Shown: positions 1 through 9,557, counted from the first letter of the stretch. The stretch: DNA of 64,000 nucleotides from Gammaproteobacteria bacterium (GCA_963662545.2 CAXXLL010000002.1:1312001-1376000), one strand, 5' to 3'. Notes: generated from the letters alone by a model not told the origin. A program made the numbers and translations.

Positions 1-502
1 AATCCCGCTGCACCCGCACGCAGGGAAAGATCAACGCGCCTTCCTCGTAAATGTCCCGGGCGTAGGCGTGATACGTGCTCGGGATGGAGTTGCCGCAGTC
101 GGCCTGATGTGCTTTCGCGCAGGTGGTGAACAGGTGCTCGCCATCGATGAAGACCGGGCACATGATCATGTGATCGGCGGGGTGGGTATTACCGCCGTAG
201 GGATCGTTGTCCAGAAACGCATCGCCGGACGCGAGATCATCATGCAGATCGCACATCGACTGGCTCTGCAGGCTGCTGCCGAAAATATGCACGGGCAGAC
301 CTTCGCCGGGGCACAGCATCTGATTGTCGCCGGTCACGATCGAGCAGGAAAAATCCCGAGCGATCGCGAGCACTGCTGAGCGCGCCGTGCGCAGCAGGGT
401 ATTGGACATCTCGCGCACGATCGCGTTGAGCCGATTGCCGAGTACGGCCATGAGCACGGGATCCATATCGTAGGTGATCGGTGTGGTTTCGGGTTTGTTC
501 AT
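1..502 (-). CDS. Hydantoinase B/oxoprolinase family protein (N-terminal part; runs off window edge)
   Basis: Manual translation from ATG at 502: MNKPETTPITYDMDPVLMAVLGNRLNAIVREMSNTLLRTARS...NDPYGGNTHPAD...AHQADCG; ATGA overlap with upstream hydantoinase A stop. Confidence 0.88.
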   Translation of the reverse strand, partial: MNKPETTPITYDMDPVLMAVLGNRLNAIVREMSNTLLRTARSAVLAIARDFSCSIVTGDNQMLCPGEGLPVHIFGSSLQSQSMCDLHDDLASGDAFLDNDPYGGNTHPADHMIMCPVFIDGEHLFTTCAKAHQADCGNSIPSTYHAYARDIYEEGALIFPCVRVQRD

Positions 503-2586
503 AGCTGTGACTCCGCGGGCGGCGACAGGATGTAGCGGCCGCCGGCGCTGACGCGAGCGGTCGCGCCCGGATTGACCACGAGTGTGGAGGTCGTTTCCTC
601 GATGATGGCGGGTCCTTCGACGACGGCACCGGGTGGCAGTTCTTCGCCGTAATATATCGGCGTCTCCACCTTCTCGTTACCAAAGTATACCGGGCGTTTC
701 CGATTCACCTCGACGGTCGCCTGCGCCGCTCCAAGTCCGGGCTCCAAGGATGGCGCATTGACCGACGCGATCAAGCGGCCGCGCCAGTTCAGGCATTCCA
801 CGGTCTGTCCTACGTCGGTAACTGCGAAAACGAGATCGTGCACGCGATGAAATTCTTCAACCAATGCCTCGACGTCTGCGTCGCTCTCAAAGCGGTTGCG
901 CCCGACTTCGATTTCGAGTTCCCAAACCTGAAAGCGGTAGCGGGCTTCGACGAAATAGCGCTTGGCGATTTCCGTCAAGCCGCGTTTACGCAAGCCGGCG
1001 GCAAATTGATCGAGACGCGCGTCGATGTCCGCGAGCGCCGCATTGACGCCGTCAAAATCGAAGTTCTCGCTAGTGGTCAGCTTGCTCGCGCCGGTTTCCG
1101 TGATGATATCGGAGAATTGCATGCCCGCAGCGCTGAGCGCGCCGGCCGTACGGGGTACCAGCACGGTATTGCAGCCGAGTTCGGCGGCGATCGGCACGAT
1201 GCCGAGACCGCCGGCGCCGCCACCCGCGACAAGCGTCGATTCCGCAGGGTCGAGGCCCTCGTTGATGGTGAGTTCCTTGATCGCCTCGATCATGTTTTCG
1301 TTCGCCACCGCCATAATCGCGAAAGCCGCGCGTTCGAGTGATTCGCCCATCTGCTCTGCCAGTCCGCCGATGACCCTGTCGGCCGCTGCCGCATCCAAGG
1401 CCATCCGGCCGCCTAGAAAATGTGCAGGGTCGATGTAACCGAGCACGACGGCGGCGTCGGTGACGGTCGGTCGCTCGCCGGCCTTGCCGTAACACGCGGG
1501 GCCCGGGTCGGAGCCCGCCGACTGTGGGCCGACGCGCAACAGCCCGCCCGAATCGACCCAGGCAATCGAGCCCCCGCCGGCACCGATGCTGTGTACCGCC
1601 ACCGAGGCCATACCGAGGTTGTCGCCGATCCATTGCGGGCCGAGCCAGGTATCGCGCGAGAATTCGATCATGCCGTTGCGCACGAGGCTCACGTCGAAGG
1701 TAGTGCCGCCCGCGTCGCATACGATGATGCCGTTCGGCAAGTTTTCGGCTTCCACGTAGGCGAGCCCTGCCACGGGTGCCATCGCCGGGCCGGATTTGAC
1801 GAGGAAGATGGGTTTTTGCACGACGTCCGCCAGGTACATCACGCCGCCGAATGACGTGCTCACCAGAATGTCATTGTCATATCCCGCAGTGCGCAAATCC
1901 GACTGCAGTGTCACCAGGTGCTCCTGCATGAGCGGCTTCAGCGAGGCGTCGATCGCCGTCGATGATGCCCGCCGGTATTCGCGCAGGATGGGGTTCAATT
2001 GGTGCGAAAGCGTATAGGGGACGCCGGGAACGAATTCCTCGATCAATTTTCCGACACGGAGCTCATGGTCGGGATTCGCAATTGACCACAGCAGGCACAC
2101 GGCGATCGCTTCGATGTTTCGTTTCGGAAATTCCGCAAGCAGCGTGCGAACGGCGTCTTCGTCGAGCGCCGTCTCGACGCCGCCCTCGGCATTGATTCTC
2201 TCGGGCACTTCGAAAGTCAGGCGTCGCGGAATGTAAGGCGCGGGATATTCCATCTCGAGGTTGTGCGGCTCCGCCTTGCCGCCTTCCTTGAGTAACAGGA
2301 CGTCCGGGAATCCGGCGGTGGTCAAAAAGGCCGTGCGTGCGATCTTGCGTTCGATGATGCCATTGGTGGCGCGTGTCGTTCCATAAAGGAATACGGCGGT
2401 GTCGGCCAGCAGGGCTTTGGCGGAAATACCCAGTTCCTCGCCGGCCACGGCGAGGCCGGCCTCGATGGCGGAAAATGCGCGCGTTCGATCGGTCAGCGCC
2501 TTGCCAACGGTGAAATGACCCTCGCCATCGGTTACGACGACGTCCGTGAATGTGCCGCCCGTATCTACGGAGATTCGATATGTCAT
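499..2586 (-). CDS. Hydantoinase A/oxoprolinase family protein
   Basis: DTGGTFTD, SGPA, DAGGTTFD, IGAGGGSIA, PQSAGSDPGPACY, PTVTDA motifs; likely start MTYRISVD at 2586. Confidence 0.93.
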   Translation of the reverse strand: MTYRISVDTGGTFTDVVVTDGEGHFTVGKALTDRTRAFSAIEAGLAVAGEELGISAKALLADTAVFLYGTTRATNGIIERKIARTAFLTTAGFPDVLLLKEGGKAEPHNLEMEYPAPYIPRRLTFEVPERINAEGGVETALDEDAVRTLLAEFPKRNIEAIAVCLLWSIANPDHELRVGKLIEEFVPGVPYTLSHQLNPILREYRRASSTAIDASLKPLMQEHLVTLQSDLRTAGYDNDILVSTSFGGVMYLADVVQKPIFLVKSGPAMAPVAGLAYVEAENLPNGIIVCDAGGTTFDVSLVRNGMIEFSRDTWLGPQWIGDNLGMASVAVHSIGAGGGSIAWVDSGGLLRVGPQSAGSDPGPACYGKAGERPTVTDAAVVLGYIDPAHFLGGRMALDAAAADRVIGGLAEQMGESLERAAFAIMAVANENMIEAIKELTINEGLDPAESTLVAGGGAGGLGIVPIAAELGCNTVLVPRTAGALSAAGMQFSDIITETGASKLTTSENFDFDGVNAALADIDARLDQFAAGLRKRGLTEIAKRYFVEARYRFQVWELEIEVGRNRFESDADVEALVEEFHRVHDLVFAVTDVGQTVECLNWRGRLIASVNAPSLEPGLGAAQATVEVNRKRPVYFGNEKVETPIYYGEELPPGAVVEGPAIIEETTSTLVVNPGATARVSAGGRYILSPPAESQL

Positions 2587-2772
2587 GGGTGGGGAAACCT
2601 GCTGTTTGAATTTTTGTATTTTATGTAGGAACGTGGAATCGGCCATGCGGGCAAGGCGCGCGCCCGCGTCGGCCATGTGTCATCTTCATCCAGACTCGTA
2701 CCTGCGATCAAGACCGTGTCATAGGGCGGATCTGGTTTTAATGTGCCGTCCCGAAATACGTAATAGATTGCG

Positions 2773-2839
2773 ATTCGCCCGCAAGCGGGCGCCTACAATG
2801 TACAAGCACGATTCCGTAGGAGCCCGCTTGCGGGCGAAT
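2773..2839. repeat. Inverted pair of REP-like palindromes (GTAGG/AGCCCGCTTGCGGGCGAA type)
   Basis: ATTCGCCCGCAAGCGGGCGCCTAC ... GTAGGAGCCCGCTTGCGGGCGAAT; single related copy at 52095-52117. Confidence 0.75.
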
Positions 2840-2889
2840 AATGAATACCGCTACAAACAACAAAGCGTCCTGTCACGCGGAACGTCTAT

Positions 2890-4008
2890 TCAGGCGGCCA
2901 GCGCTGCGGCGGGCGCAACAAAGTCGTAACCCAGTGCCTCGGCGACGGCGCTGCAGGTCACCCGGCCGCGATGGACGTTGAGGCCTTTGGCAAGTCCCGG
3001 GTCGTCCGCGAATGCGCGGTCTATGCCTTTGTCGGCGAGTGCGATCACGTAGGGCAGGGTTACATTGTTCAACGCGAACGTCGAGGTGCGCGGCACGGCG
3101 CCCGGCATATTGGCTACGCAGTAATGGACGACGCCGTCGACGACGAAGGTCGGATCCTGGTGTGTCGTTGGCCTCGAGGTTTCAAAGCATCCGCCCTGGT
3201 CAATGGCGACGTCCACAATCACGGCCCCAGGTTTCATCTGGCCGAGCATCGAACGCGTCAATAGTTTGGGCGCGGCGGCGCCGGGGATCAAAACCGCGCC
3301 GATCAGGAGATCGGCCTCAGTCAAGCATTGCTGTATGCGATCCTGGGTCGAAACCACGCACTTGACCCGGCCTTGATACTTGTCCGACAGGTGGCGCAGC
3401 CGTTCGACCGAGGTGTCGAAAATCGAGACCTCAGCGCCGAGGCCCATGGCCATCAGAGCGGCATTGTCGCCGACGACGCCGCCGCCGAGGATCAGGACTT
3501 TCGCCGGCGCGACGCCGGGTACGCCGCCGAGCAGGACGCCTTCGCCGCCTTGAGCCATCTCCAGACAATGGGCTCCCGCCTGGACCGAAAGCCGGCCGGC
3601 AACCTCGCTCATCGGGGCGAGCAGCGGCAGCGCGCCGTGGCCGTCCGTAACGGTTTCATAGGCGATTGCGGTCACGCCCGATTCGATCAAGGCCCGGGTC
3701 TGCGGGGGATCGGGGGCGAGGTGTAGAAACGTGAACAGCACCTGGTCGCGCCGCAGGCGGCCGCATTCTTCCGGCTGCGGCTCCTTGACCTTGACGATCA
3801 GGTTGGCGCGGTCGAAGACTTCCGCGACAGATTCGGCAATATCGGCGCCGGCCGCACGGTAATCTTCATCATGCATCCCGATGCCCGCACCGGCTTCAGT
3901 CTCCACCACGACCTGGTGGCCGTGGTGCACGATCTCGCCGACGCTGCCGGGCGTCAGACCGACGCGGTACTCGTGGTTTTTGATCTCCCGTGGAACGCCG
4001 ATCAACAT
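2890..4008 (-). CDS. ald: Alanine dehydrogenase
   Basis: [60 protein letters not shown]. Confidence 0.97.
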   Translation of the reverse strand: MLIGVPREIKNHEYRVGLTPGSVGEIVHHGHQVVVETEAGAGIGMHDEDYRAAGADIAESVAEVFDRANLIVKVKEPQPEECGRLRRDQVLFTFLHLAPDPPQTRALIESGVTAIAYETVTDGHGALPLLAPMSEVAGRLSVQAGAHCLEMAQGGEGVLLGGVPGVAPAKVLILGGGVVGDNAALMAMGLGAEVSIFDTSVERLRHLSDKYQGRVKCVVSTQDRIQQCLTEADLLIGAVLIPGAAAPKLLTRSMLGQMKPGAVIVDVAIDQGGCFETSRPTTHQDPTFVVDGVVHYCVANMPGAVPRTSTFALNNVTLPYVIALADKGIDRAFADDPGLAKGLNVHRGRVTCSAVAEALGYDFVAPAAALAA

Positions 4009-4177
4009 GGGCTAGCCCTCCGTCAAACAGGGCGGCTCACGGTCCGCGACCGGAGCCCGTACGTTGAAATCTACTGTAGTCCAATCGGCGCGCAATGTAC
4101 TTGCGCATCTCACTTCTAAAAGCGATGAAACACGTGTAATCTTCGAATTAATACATAGATAATCGAATTAAATTCCA

Positions 4178-4642
4178 TTGAATCCCTTGGACACCACAGA
4201 TCATGCCATCCTGCATGAACTCCAGGCCGACGGGCGCATCTCCAACGTACAACTGGCCGAGCGCGTCCATCTGTCCGAATCCGCCTGCCTGCGGCGCGTG
4301 CGCCTGCTCGAGGAGAGCGGCGTCATCGATCGGTTCACGATGATCGTCAATCAAGCGGCGGTCGGCTTGCCAGGCAACGTGTTTGCGGAGATCACGCTCA
4401 CCAGCCAGAAGCAGGAAGACCTGGACCGATTCGAGGAGGCGGTCCGGGCGGTGCCAGAGATCATGGAGTGCTACCTGATCACGGGCGAATACGATTACCT
4501 GTTGCGCGTCGTGGCGCGCGACACGGTCGACTACGAGCGCATTCACCACCAGCACCTGACCCATCTGCCCGGCGTCGCTCGGGTAAAGACGAGTTTTACG
4601 CTGCGCACCGTCGCGAAGAAAACCGAACTGCCCCTCGTCTGA
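4178..4642 (+). CDS. Lrp/AsnC family regulator (AldR-like), divergent from ald
   Basis: HTH 'LQADGRISNVQLAERVHLSESACLRRVRLLE', C-terminal ITGEYDYLLRV. Confidence 0.93.
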   Translation: MNPLDTTDHAILHELQADGRISNVQLAERVHLSESACLRRVRLLEESGVIDRFTMIVNQAAVGLPGNVFAEITLTSQKQEDLDRFEEAVRAVPEIMECYLITGEYDYLLRVVARDTVDYERIHHQHLTHLPGVARVKTSFTLRTVAKKTELPLV

Positions 4643-4776
4643 GCCGCGCCGCGCAAGCTCGCCTGCCCATGTCACGTGGCTGGGTCGAAATAAGGGTTTT
4701 CCAAGGTAAATTGCTGAAATGTCTTGTGTATGGACCGTGCCGAGGCGAATTTCGCGGCAGCCCGGGACGCGCAAAC

Positions 4777-5047
4777 TGTCCATATTTTTTACAGGCGCCC
4801 CGGGGAATATTTCGGGCCACGGATGAACTCGGAGCGCCTAAAACCGCCTGATTCAAGCTTCTATCGCCGAGCGGATCATGGGTGTGCCCTAACCGTATGC
4901 CCTAACGGTAAACGGCTTGTAAAAATTCTTGACAATCGTGTAAATCTGCCAGAACCTAGCTTAAACAATTGAAATATATAATATTTCTTAGGTGCCGACG
5001 GTGTGTCTGGGCAGCCCGGTGCATGGAAACTGTCAACATTTTTTACA
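4777..5047. promoter_or_regulatory. Three TGT-N11-ACA enhancer-like boxes (4777-4793, 4918-4934 reversed, 5031-5047)
   Basis: TGTCCATATTTTTTACA; TGTAAAAATTCTTGACA (reverse complement TGTCAAGAATTTTTACA); TGTCAACATTTTTTACA. Confidence 0.7.
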
Positions 5048-5111
5048 TTTGGAGCACGGCTCCTGTACGGGAAAAATAGCAAGACATTGAAATATAACGA
5101 TTATTATCGGG

Positions 5112-5127
5112 TGGCGCATTTATTGCT
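5112..5127 (+). promoter_or_regulatory. Sigma-54 (-24/-12) promoter
   Basis: TGGCGC-ATTTA-TTGCT, exact GG-N10-GC spacing, about 90 bp upstream of ATG 5217. Confidence 0.75.
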
Positions 5128-5216
5128 TAAAGACATGGGTCAACGCCTCACCTGAAAGTTGAGGTGCTTGTGAGCGGATCAAGGCCAATCTACGGCTGGC
5201 AGCAAAGGGGACGATC

Positions 5217-6321
5217 ATGACCGACAAAGACCCTCATCACACCATCGAGAACGACGAAAACAGCGAGAACGCGCTTCCGCCAGAAAACCTTCAGCCGCCG
5301 CGCGCTGCTCGAAGCCGGTTGGAGCGTGCCGCTGATTGCGGCGGTGCAATTCCCGACCGACGCCTTCGCGGTGTCGGTGCCCGCGCACCAGGACACCCAA
5401 GGCCATTCCGACGCCCCAGGGTCGCAGCACGACGACGTGCCCGGCACGAGCCATGTGGATGGGGCGGGCCACGACGACACAACCAGCCCGCACGGCGACT
5501 CCACACCGCACAGCGACGGCACCCTGCACAGCGACACGCCCGACACCCACGCTGATGCCGCGCCGCACACCGACCTGGTGCCGCACAACGACAGCTTCAA
5601 TCCGCACAACGATAATAACTTTCACAACGACACCGGCCACAACGACATCAGTGATCACAACGACTCCAGCATCGCGGGATTCCACAGTGACGGGACAATC
5701 AACCATAACGACAGTAATCACAACGATGCACCACCGACCCACTTCGATTTCGGCGGGCACAACGACATCCGGCCGCACAGCGATTTCGCCGGCCAGCACT
5801 CGGACCAGGGTGCGCCCCACAGCGACTCGGGGTCCCACGCGGACGGACCATCCCCGCACTCCGACACGACGCCTGGGGCGCACAACGACGCCTTCGCCCA
5901 CAACGACGTCACCAATCCCAGTAGCCACAACGACAGCTTTTCACCGCACAACGATTTTTTCTTGCACAACGACGCCGGCCACACGGATTCGGGCGGGAGT
6001 CCAAACCACTTCGACAGCTTTGGATTTGGACATAGCGACGTTTTCTCTCCCCACTCTGACTCGGCGTTGAATCACGACGATGTACCGTTCCACTCTGATG
6101 GTGGCGGGCACAACGACTTCGTCCCGCACAGCGACCTGCCGACCCACAGCGACAACCAGAATCCGCACAACGACACCTCGAACCCGCACGCGGACGCGCC
6201 GCCGCACGACGACAGCGGCGGCCATTCCGACGGGGCACCGCACAACGACGAGCAGACACCGACGCACGGTGACACGTCGGGCACGCCGCACGGTGATGCA
6301 ACGCCCCACAACGATGCGTAG
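5217..6321 (+). CDS. His-x-Asp repeat protein with twin-arginine/WxxP leader; apparent single frameshift near 5283-5287
   Basis: 47 H-x-D motifs in ORF 5326..6321; same frame upstream reads TFSRRALLEAGWSVPLIAAVQFPTDAFA; the RBS-preceded ATG (AAGGGGA, 5217) is in a different frame. Confidence 0.8.
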
Positions 6322-6362
6322 CGCGAGTGCGTAGACGGGATCTATCGTGGCTTTCGCTAGCA

Positions 6363-6475
6363 AATTCTGGGGACAGTTTACTTAATTCTAGGGGAAGCGG
6401 ATTCGAGCTGACGGCTGGGGATAATTAAATAAACTGTCCCCGAAATTCCGTGGGGGAATCTCAAAGACCTCGAAG
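6363..6475. repeat. REP-like palindrome GGGGACAGTTTACTTAATT...AATTAAATAAACTGTCCCC plus tail, copy 1
   Basis: Inverted repeat seen directly; degenerate direct copy at 7922-8055 shares the loop and the GGGAATCTCAAAGACCTCGAAG tail. Confidence 0.8.
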
Positions 6476-6562
6476 CAAGCGGATCATGGGCGTCGCTTAA
6501 CGCGCTCGACTGCCAGGCTGCTACACTCGAACGCTTGATGCAGGCATCGCGGGGAGGCCGAC

Positions 6563-7414
6563 GTGCCGCTCGATTCAGACAGTGCGGCGCTACGTTCCCG
6601 CTTTCGCGAAGACGGGGTCGTGTTCATCGCGGGCGCACTCGATGCGCATACTCTGCAACTTGCCGAGGCCTGTTTTTATTGGACGCTCGAACACCCCGGG
6701 CCTGGTGGTGGGGCGGTGCTGGCCGGTACGCCCGGTACGTTCTACCAGGACCAAGCCAATCCCGATGCCTTCCCGGCCTACCGCGAACTGCTCTGCGACA
6801 CTGGCATACCCGATATCGCGGCGACCCTGTTCGGCTGCGACAACGTGTGGCTCATGTACGAGCAGATCTGGCTCAAGGACGGCGCCGATTCGCGCCGCAT
6901 GCCCTGGCATCAGGATCTCCCTTACCTGCCGGCGGCGGGGGAACATCTCGCTGTCATGTGGACCAATCTCGACCCGGTGGCGAAGAATTATTCGCTCGAA
7001 CTCGTGCGCGGCTCGCATCGCGGCCCACTTTACAATCCGAGCGCGTTCAACCCTGACGACGTTGCGGCCAATCTCTTCGATCCTAAGGAATGGCCGCAAT
7101 TGCCGGACATCGAGGCCGCGCGCGACGAATTTCCGATCGTTTCCTGGGCCATGCAGCCCGGCGACGTCATCGTCTTCCACCCGGCCATGCTGCACGGCGG
7201 CGCGCCGACGCGTCTAGGCTTGCGCCGGCGTGCCCTGTCGCTGCGCTTCTTCGGTGACGATGCCTGGTGCGCAGAACGCCCGCACGACGGCATGGCCAAC
7301 ATCGATGGCTTGAAGCACGACGACGGTGGGCGTCATCCGTTGAAGAAGATGGCCCTGGCGCCGCCCGGTGCGCCGTTCCGCCACCCCGATTTCCCGCGTT
7401 TGCGGCCGCTTTGA
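6563..7414 (+). CDS. Phytanoyl-CoA dioxygenase (PhyH) family Fe(II)/2OG oxygenase
   Basis: FREDGVVFI, PWHQD (HxD iron ligands), VRGSH, PGDVIVFH...LHGG, RRALSLRF. Confidence 0.92.
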   Translation: MPLDSDSAALRSRFREDGVVFIAGALDAHTLQLAEACFYWTLEHPGPGGGAVLAGTPGTFYQDQANPDAFPAYRELLCDTGIPDIAATLFGCDNVWLMYEQIWLKDGADSRRMPWHQDLPYLPAAGEHLAVMWTNLDPVAKNYSLELVRGSHRGPLYNPSAFNPDDVAANLFDPKEWPQLPDIEAARDEFPIVSWAMQPGDVIVFHPAMLHGGAPTRLGLRRRALSLRFFGDDAWCAERPHDGMANIDGLKHDDGGRHPLKKMALAPPGAPFRHPDFPRLRPL

Positions 7415-7435
7415 CATCTTTCCTGGATAAAACAA

Positions 7436-7900
7436 ATGTCGCCACCATCAACGCCTGAGAGTAAGTCCTACAATTTCGATGATCGAAACATTAGCTGGTA
7501 CACATTGGGAGACCTTGATTACCTCCTATTCGCGATGCTCGACGTAGACGAAGATCGAAAGATCGTCGATTTCATTATCAAGTTCGACCCGAATGAACAG
7601 ATTGCGCTGCATCGGCATCTCACTCTGACCAATACCCTCGTAGTGCAGGGCGAGCATCGTCTTTACGAACCGAATGGCGAGATTAAGGAGATTCGACCCG
7701 TCGGAAGTTACACGTCCGCTCCGCCCGGCGAACCCCATCGAGAAGGCGGTGGTGATGAAGATTGCATCGTGTTTTACAGTACGCGCGGCGATCAAAACGG
7801 CCTGATCTTCGAAGTCCTGGATGACGACATGAATGTTGTCGGCACTTTAGGAATGGAAGACTTCAAGGCAGCGATTGCGGAGCAGAAAGCGGCTTCATAG
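7436..7900 (+). CDS. Cupin-fold protein (ChrR-like)
   Basis: LHRH...LVVQGEH...PPGEPHRE cupin metal motifs. Confidence 0.8.
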   Translation: MSPPSTPESKSYNFDDRNISWYTLGDLDYLLFAMLDVDEDRKIVDFIIKFDPNEQIALHRHLTLTNTLVVQGEHRLYEPNGEIKEIRPVGSYTSAPPGEPHREGGGDEDCIVFYSTRGDQNGLIFEVLDDDMNVVGTLGMEDFKAAIAEQKAAS

Positions 7901-7921
7901 AATTTCTGGACCGCTACAGGC

Positions 7922-8055
7922 GAAATTCCGGACGCAGTTTACTTAATTCGACTGGAAGCGGATTGAAGCTGGTGGCTGGAAATAATCAGGTGATGTGTCC
8001 TCGAACTTCACGAAGGTCGGCCATCAGGCCGGCGGGAATCTCAAAGACCTCGAAG
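7922..8055. repeat. Degenerate copy 2 of the 6363-6475 repeat
   Basis: CAGTTTACTTAATTC..GGAAGCGGATT..AGCTG..GGCTGG..ATAAT and GGGAATCTCAAAGACCTCGAAG shared. Confidence 0.75.
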
Positions 8056-8067
8056 TAGAAGCGCCGC

Positions 8068-9372
8068 ATGGTCGGCAAGGCCGAATCCTCTTACTCTGTT
8101 CGCATGAGCGTAGAGGGCAAGGTATTGCCGGAGCCGCCGGAATGGGCGTCGGCCATGGTACCCGGCCGTTGGTGCCGGATTTCCGGCGACACACCCGATC
8201 TGGGATTGACATCCACACCTGTCGGCACCCGCTTTCTTAGCGACAAGGATCCGGCTTGCGACCCCGCGCTCAATCCACCAACGAGCCCGAAGGAGCGCCT
8301 CCGCAGACTAATCGGCCGCAATTGGATCGCGCCCTGGCGAGGCCGAAGCGGATTCTCGTCCATCACAGAAGCCTGGAACGGCGCCGTCTACGCCTCACGC
8401 CGCGGACGATCGGGCGCGATGATTATTTTCGGTGGCGGCCACGACGACTATTTCGGTTCCGATGTACACGCCTTCGATCTCGCCAGCCGTGAATGGTGGC
8501 GCCTGACGACGGGCTTCGTCACGGGTCGGCCAGACCGGTACGGGGACGGGGCGGTCTATCCCGATGCAGTCTATCCCGACGGTTCGCCGCTGCCGCCCCA
8601 TACCTACGACTACCTCCAATACGACGAGGTCGGCAACGATTTCATCTTGTTGAAGGGCCAGACGGAGCTCGGTCCGAACGTTAAAGCCACGGCAATCCCG
8701 CACTTGCTAAATCTGGATACCCTCATCTGGCGGCATGGACCGAGACATCCGTCAGCAAACCTCAACGCCGGCGGGTTCACGACATGGGATGCAAAGCGCC
8801 GCGTATTGTGGGGTCACTCCGGCGACGATGGCGGTGGCAACGCGTTTCTAGCCTACAGCCCCGATGGCGCGAATGTGGACGGTACGGTGGGGTCATGGCG
8901 GGACTTCCATCCCAACAAAATGCCGGGCGAAGCCAACCATAACGCAATGCAGATTCACCAAGCTGCAGATTTGATCGTCGTCGCTGTGCATGCCCGAAAC
9001 GCCCTCGGCCTTATCGAACCCGGGAGTCCAGAGCAAGCTCTTGCTCCCCTCGCCTCAAGCGGAGAAAAACCGCGCCTCAGCGAATACGCTGCTCTGGAGT
9101 ACTCTGCGCGTACGCAAAGACTGGTCTACTACTCGGCGGCAGACAAGGAGGCGGTCTACGCCATCGAGTTGGACGACGATGCGCGCTGGAGACCGCTGAC
9201 AGTCGCCGGAAGCCTGGATCCGATCGCCGATGCCGCAAGCAGTTCCAGGTATCACGTCAATCGATCACACACCTTCAGCCGTTTCCGCCTCGCCAGTTTT
9301 GTTGATCATGACCTGGCGATATTGGTGCGCCACGTGGACACATCCGTCTATGCGATGCTGCTGCCTGACTAG
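8068..9372 (+). CDS. Hypothetical protein, probable Kelch-like beta-propeller
   Basis: 434-aa ORF; AWNGA, IIFGGGHDDY.GSDVHAFDL...W, PPHTYD pattern. Confidence 0.65.
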   Translation: MVGKAESSYSVRMSVEGKVLPEPPEWASAMVPGRWCRISGDTPDLGLTSTPVGTRFLSDKDPACDPALNPPTSPKERLRRLIGRNWIAPWRGRSGFSSITEAWNGAVYASRRGRSGAMIIFGGGHDDYFGSDVHAFDLASREWWRLTTGFVTGRPDRYGDGAVYPDAVYPDGSPLPPHTYDYLQYDEVGNDFILLKGQTELGPNVKATAIPHLLNLDTLIWRHGPRHPSANLNAGGFTTWDAKRRVLWGHSGDDGGGNAFLAYSPDGANVDGTVGSWRDFHPNKMPGEANHNAMQIHQAADLIVVAVHARNALGLIEPGSPEQALAPLASSGEKPRLSEYAALEYSARTQRLVYYSAADKEAVYAIELDDDARWRPLTVAGSLDPIADAASSSRYHVNRSHTFSRFRLASFVDHDLAILVRHVDTSVYAMLLPD

Positions 9373-9557
9373 GGCGCCGACCGCTTCGAGTCGTCGGCCC
9401 GGACGCTTCGCATGGACCTTTATCCGCATCGATTCCATGTCCGCTTACGTATTGGTACTAATCGCGCGGGACCCAATCTGTGCCAAGGGGCCAACCGCGA
9501 GCCCAGGGATACGTGAGTGACCGTGCCTGTAAAAGAATATCCAGATTGAACTGAATC

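Noticed and set aside
4968-5108. Fur/Zur box upstream of the HxD gene (GAAATATATAATATTTC; ATAACGATTATTATC)
   Set aside because: Only partial matches in AT-rich DNA; spacing does not fit the consensus
5164-5220. TGA read-through (selenocysteine) from an upstream GTG into the HxD frame
   Set aside because: No SECIS-like hairpin recognised after the TGA; ATG 5217 has the better RBS and a more natural N-terminus
5326-6321. CACAACGAC/CACAGCGAC recurrences as a CRISPR or DNA tandem array
   Set aside because: Only 9-bp units with irregular in-frame spacing; they are His-x-Asp codons
5215-6363. Long overlapping ORFs in other frames and on the minus strand of the HxD gene
   Set aside because: Shadow frames of a low-complexity GC-rich gene (Thr/Arg- or Val-rich), no RBS or motifs
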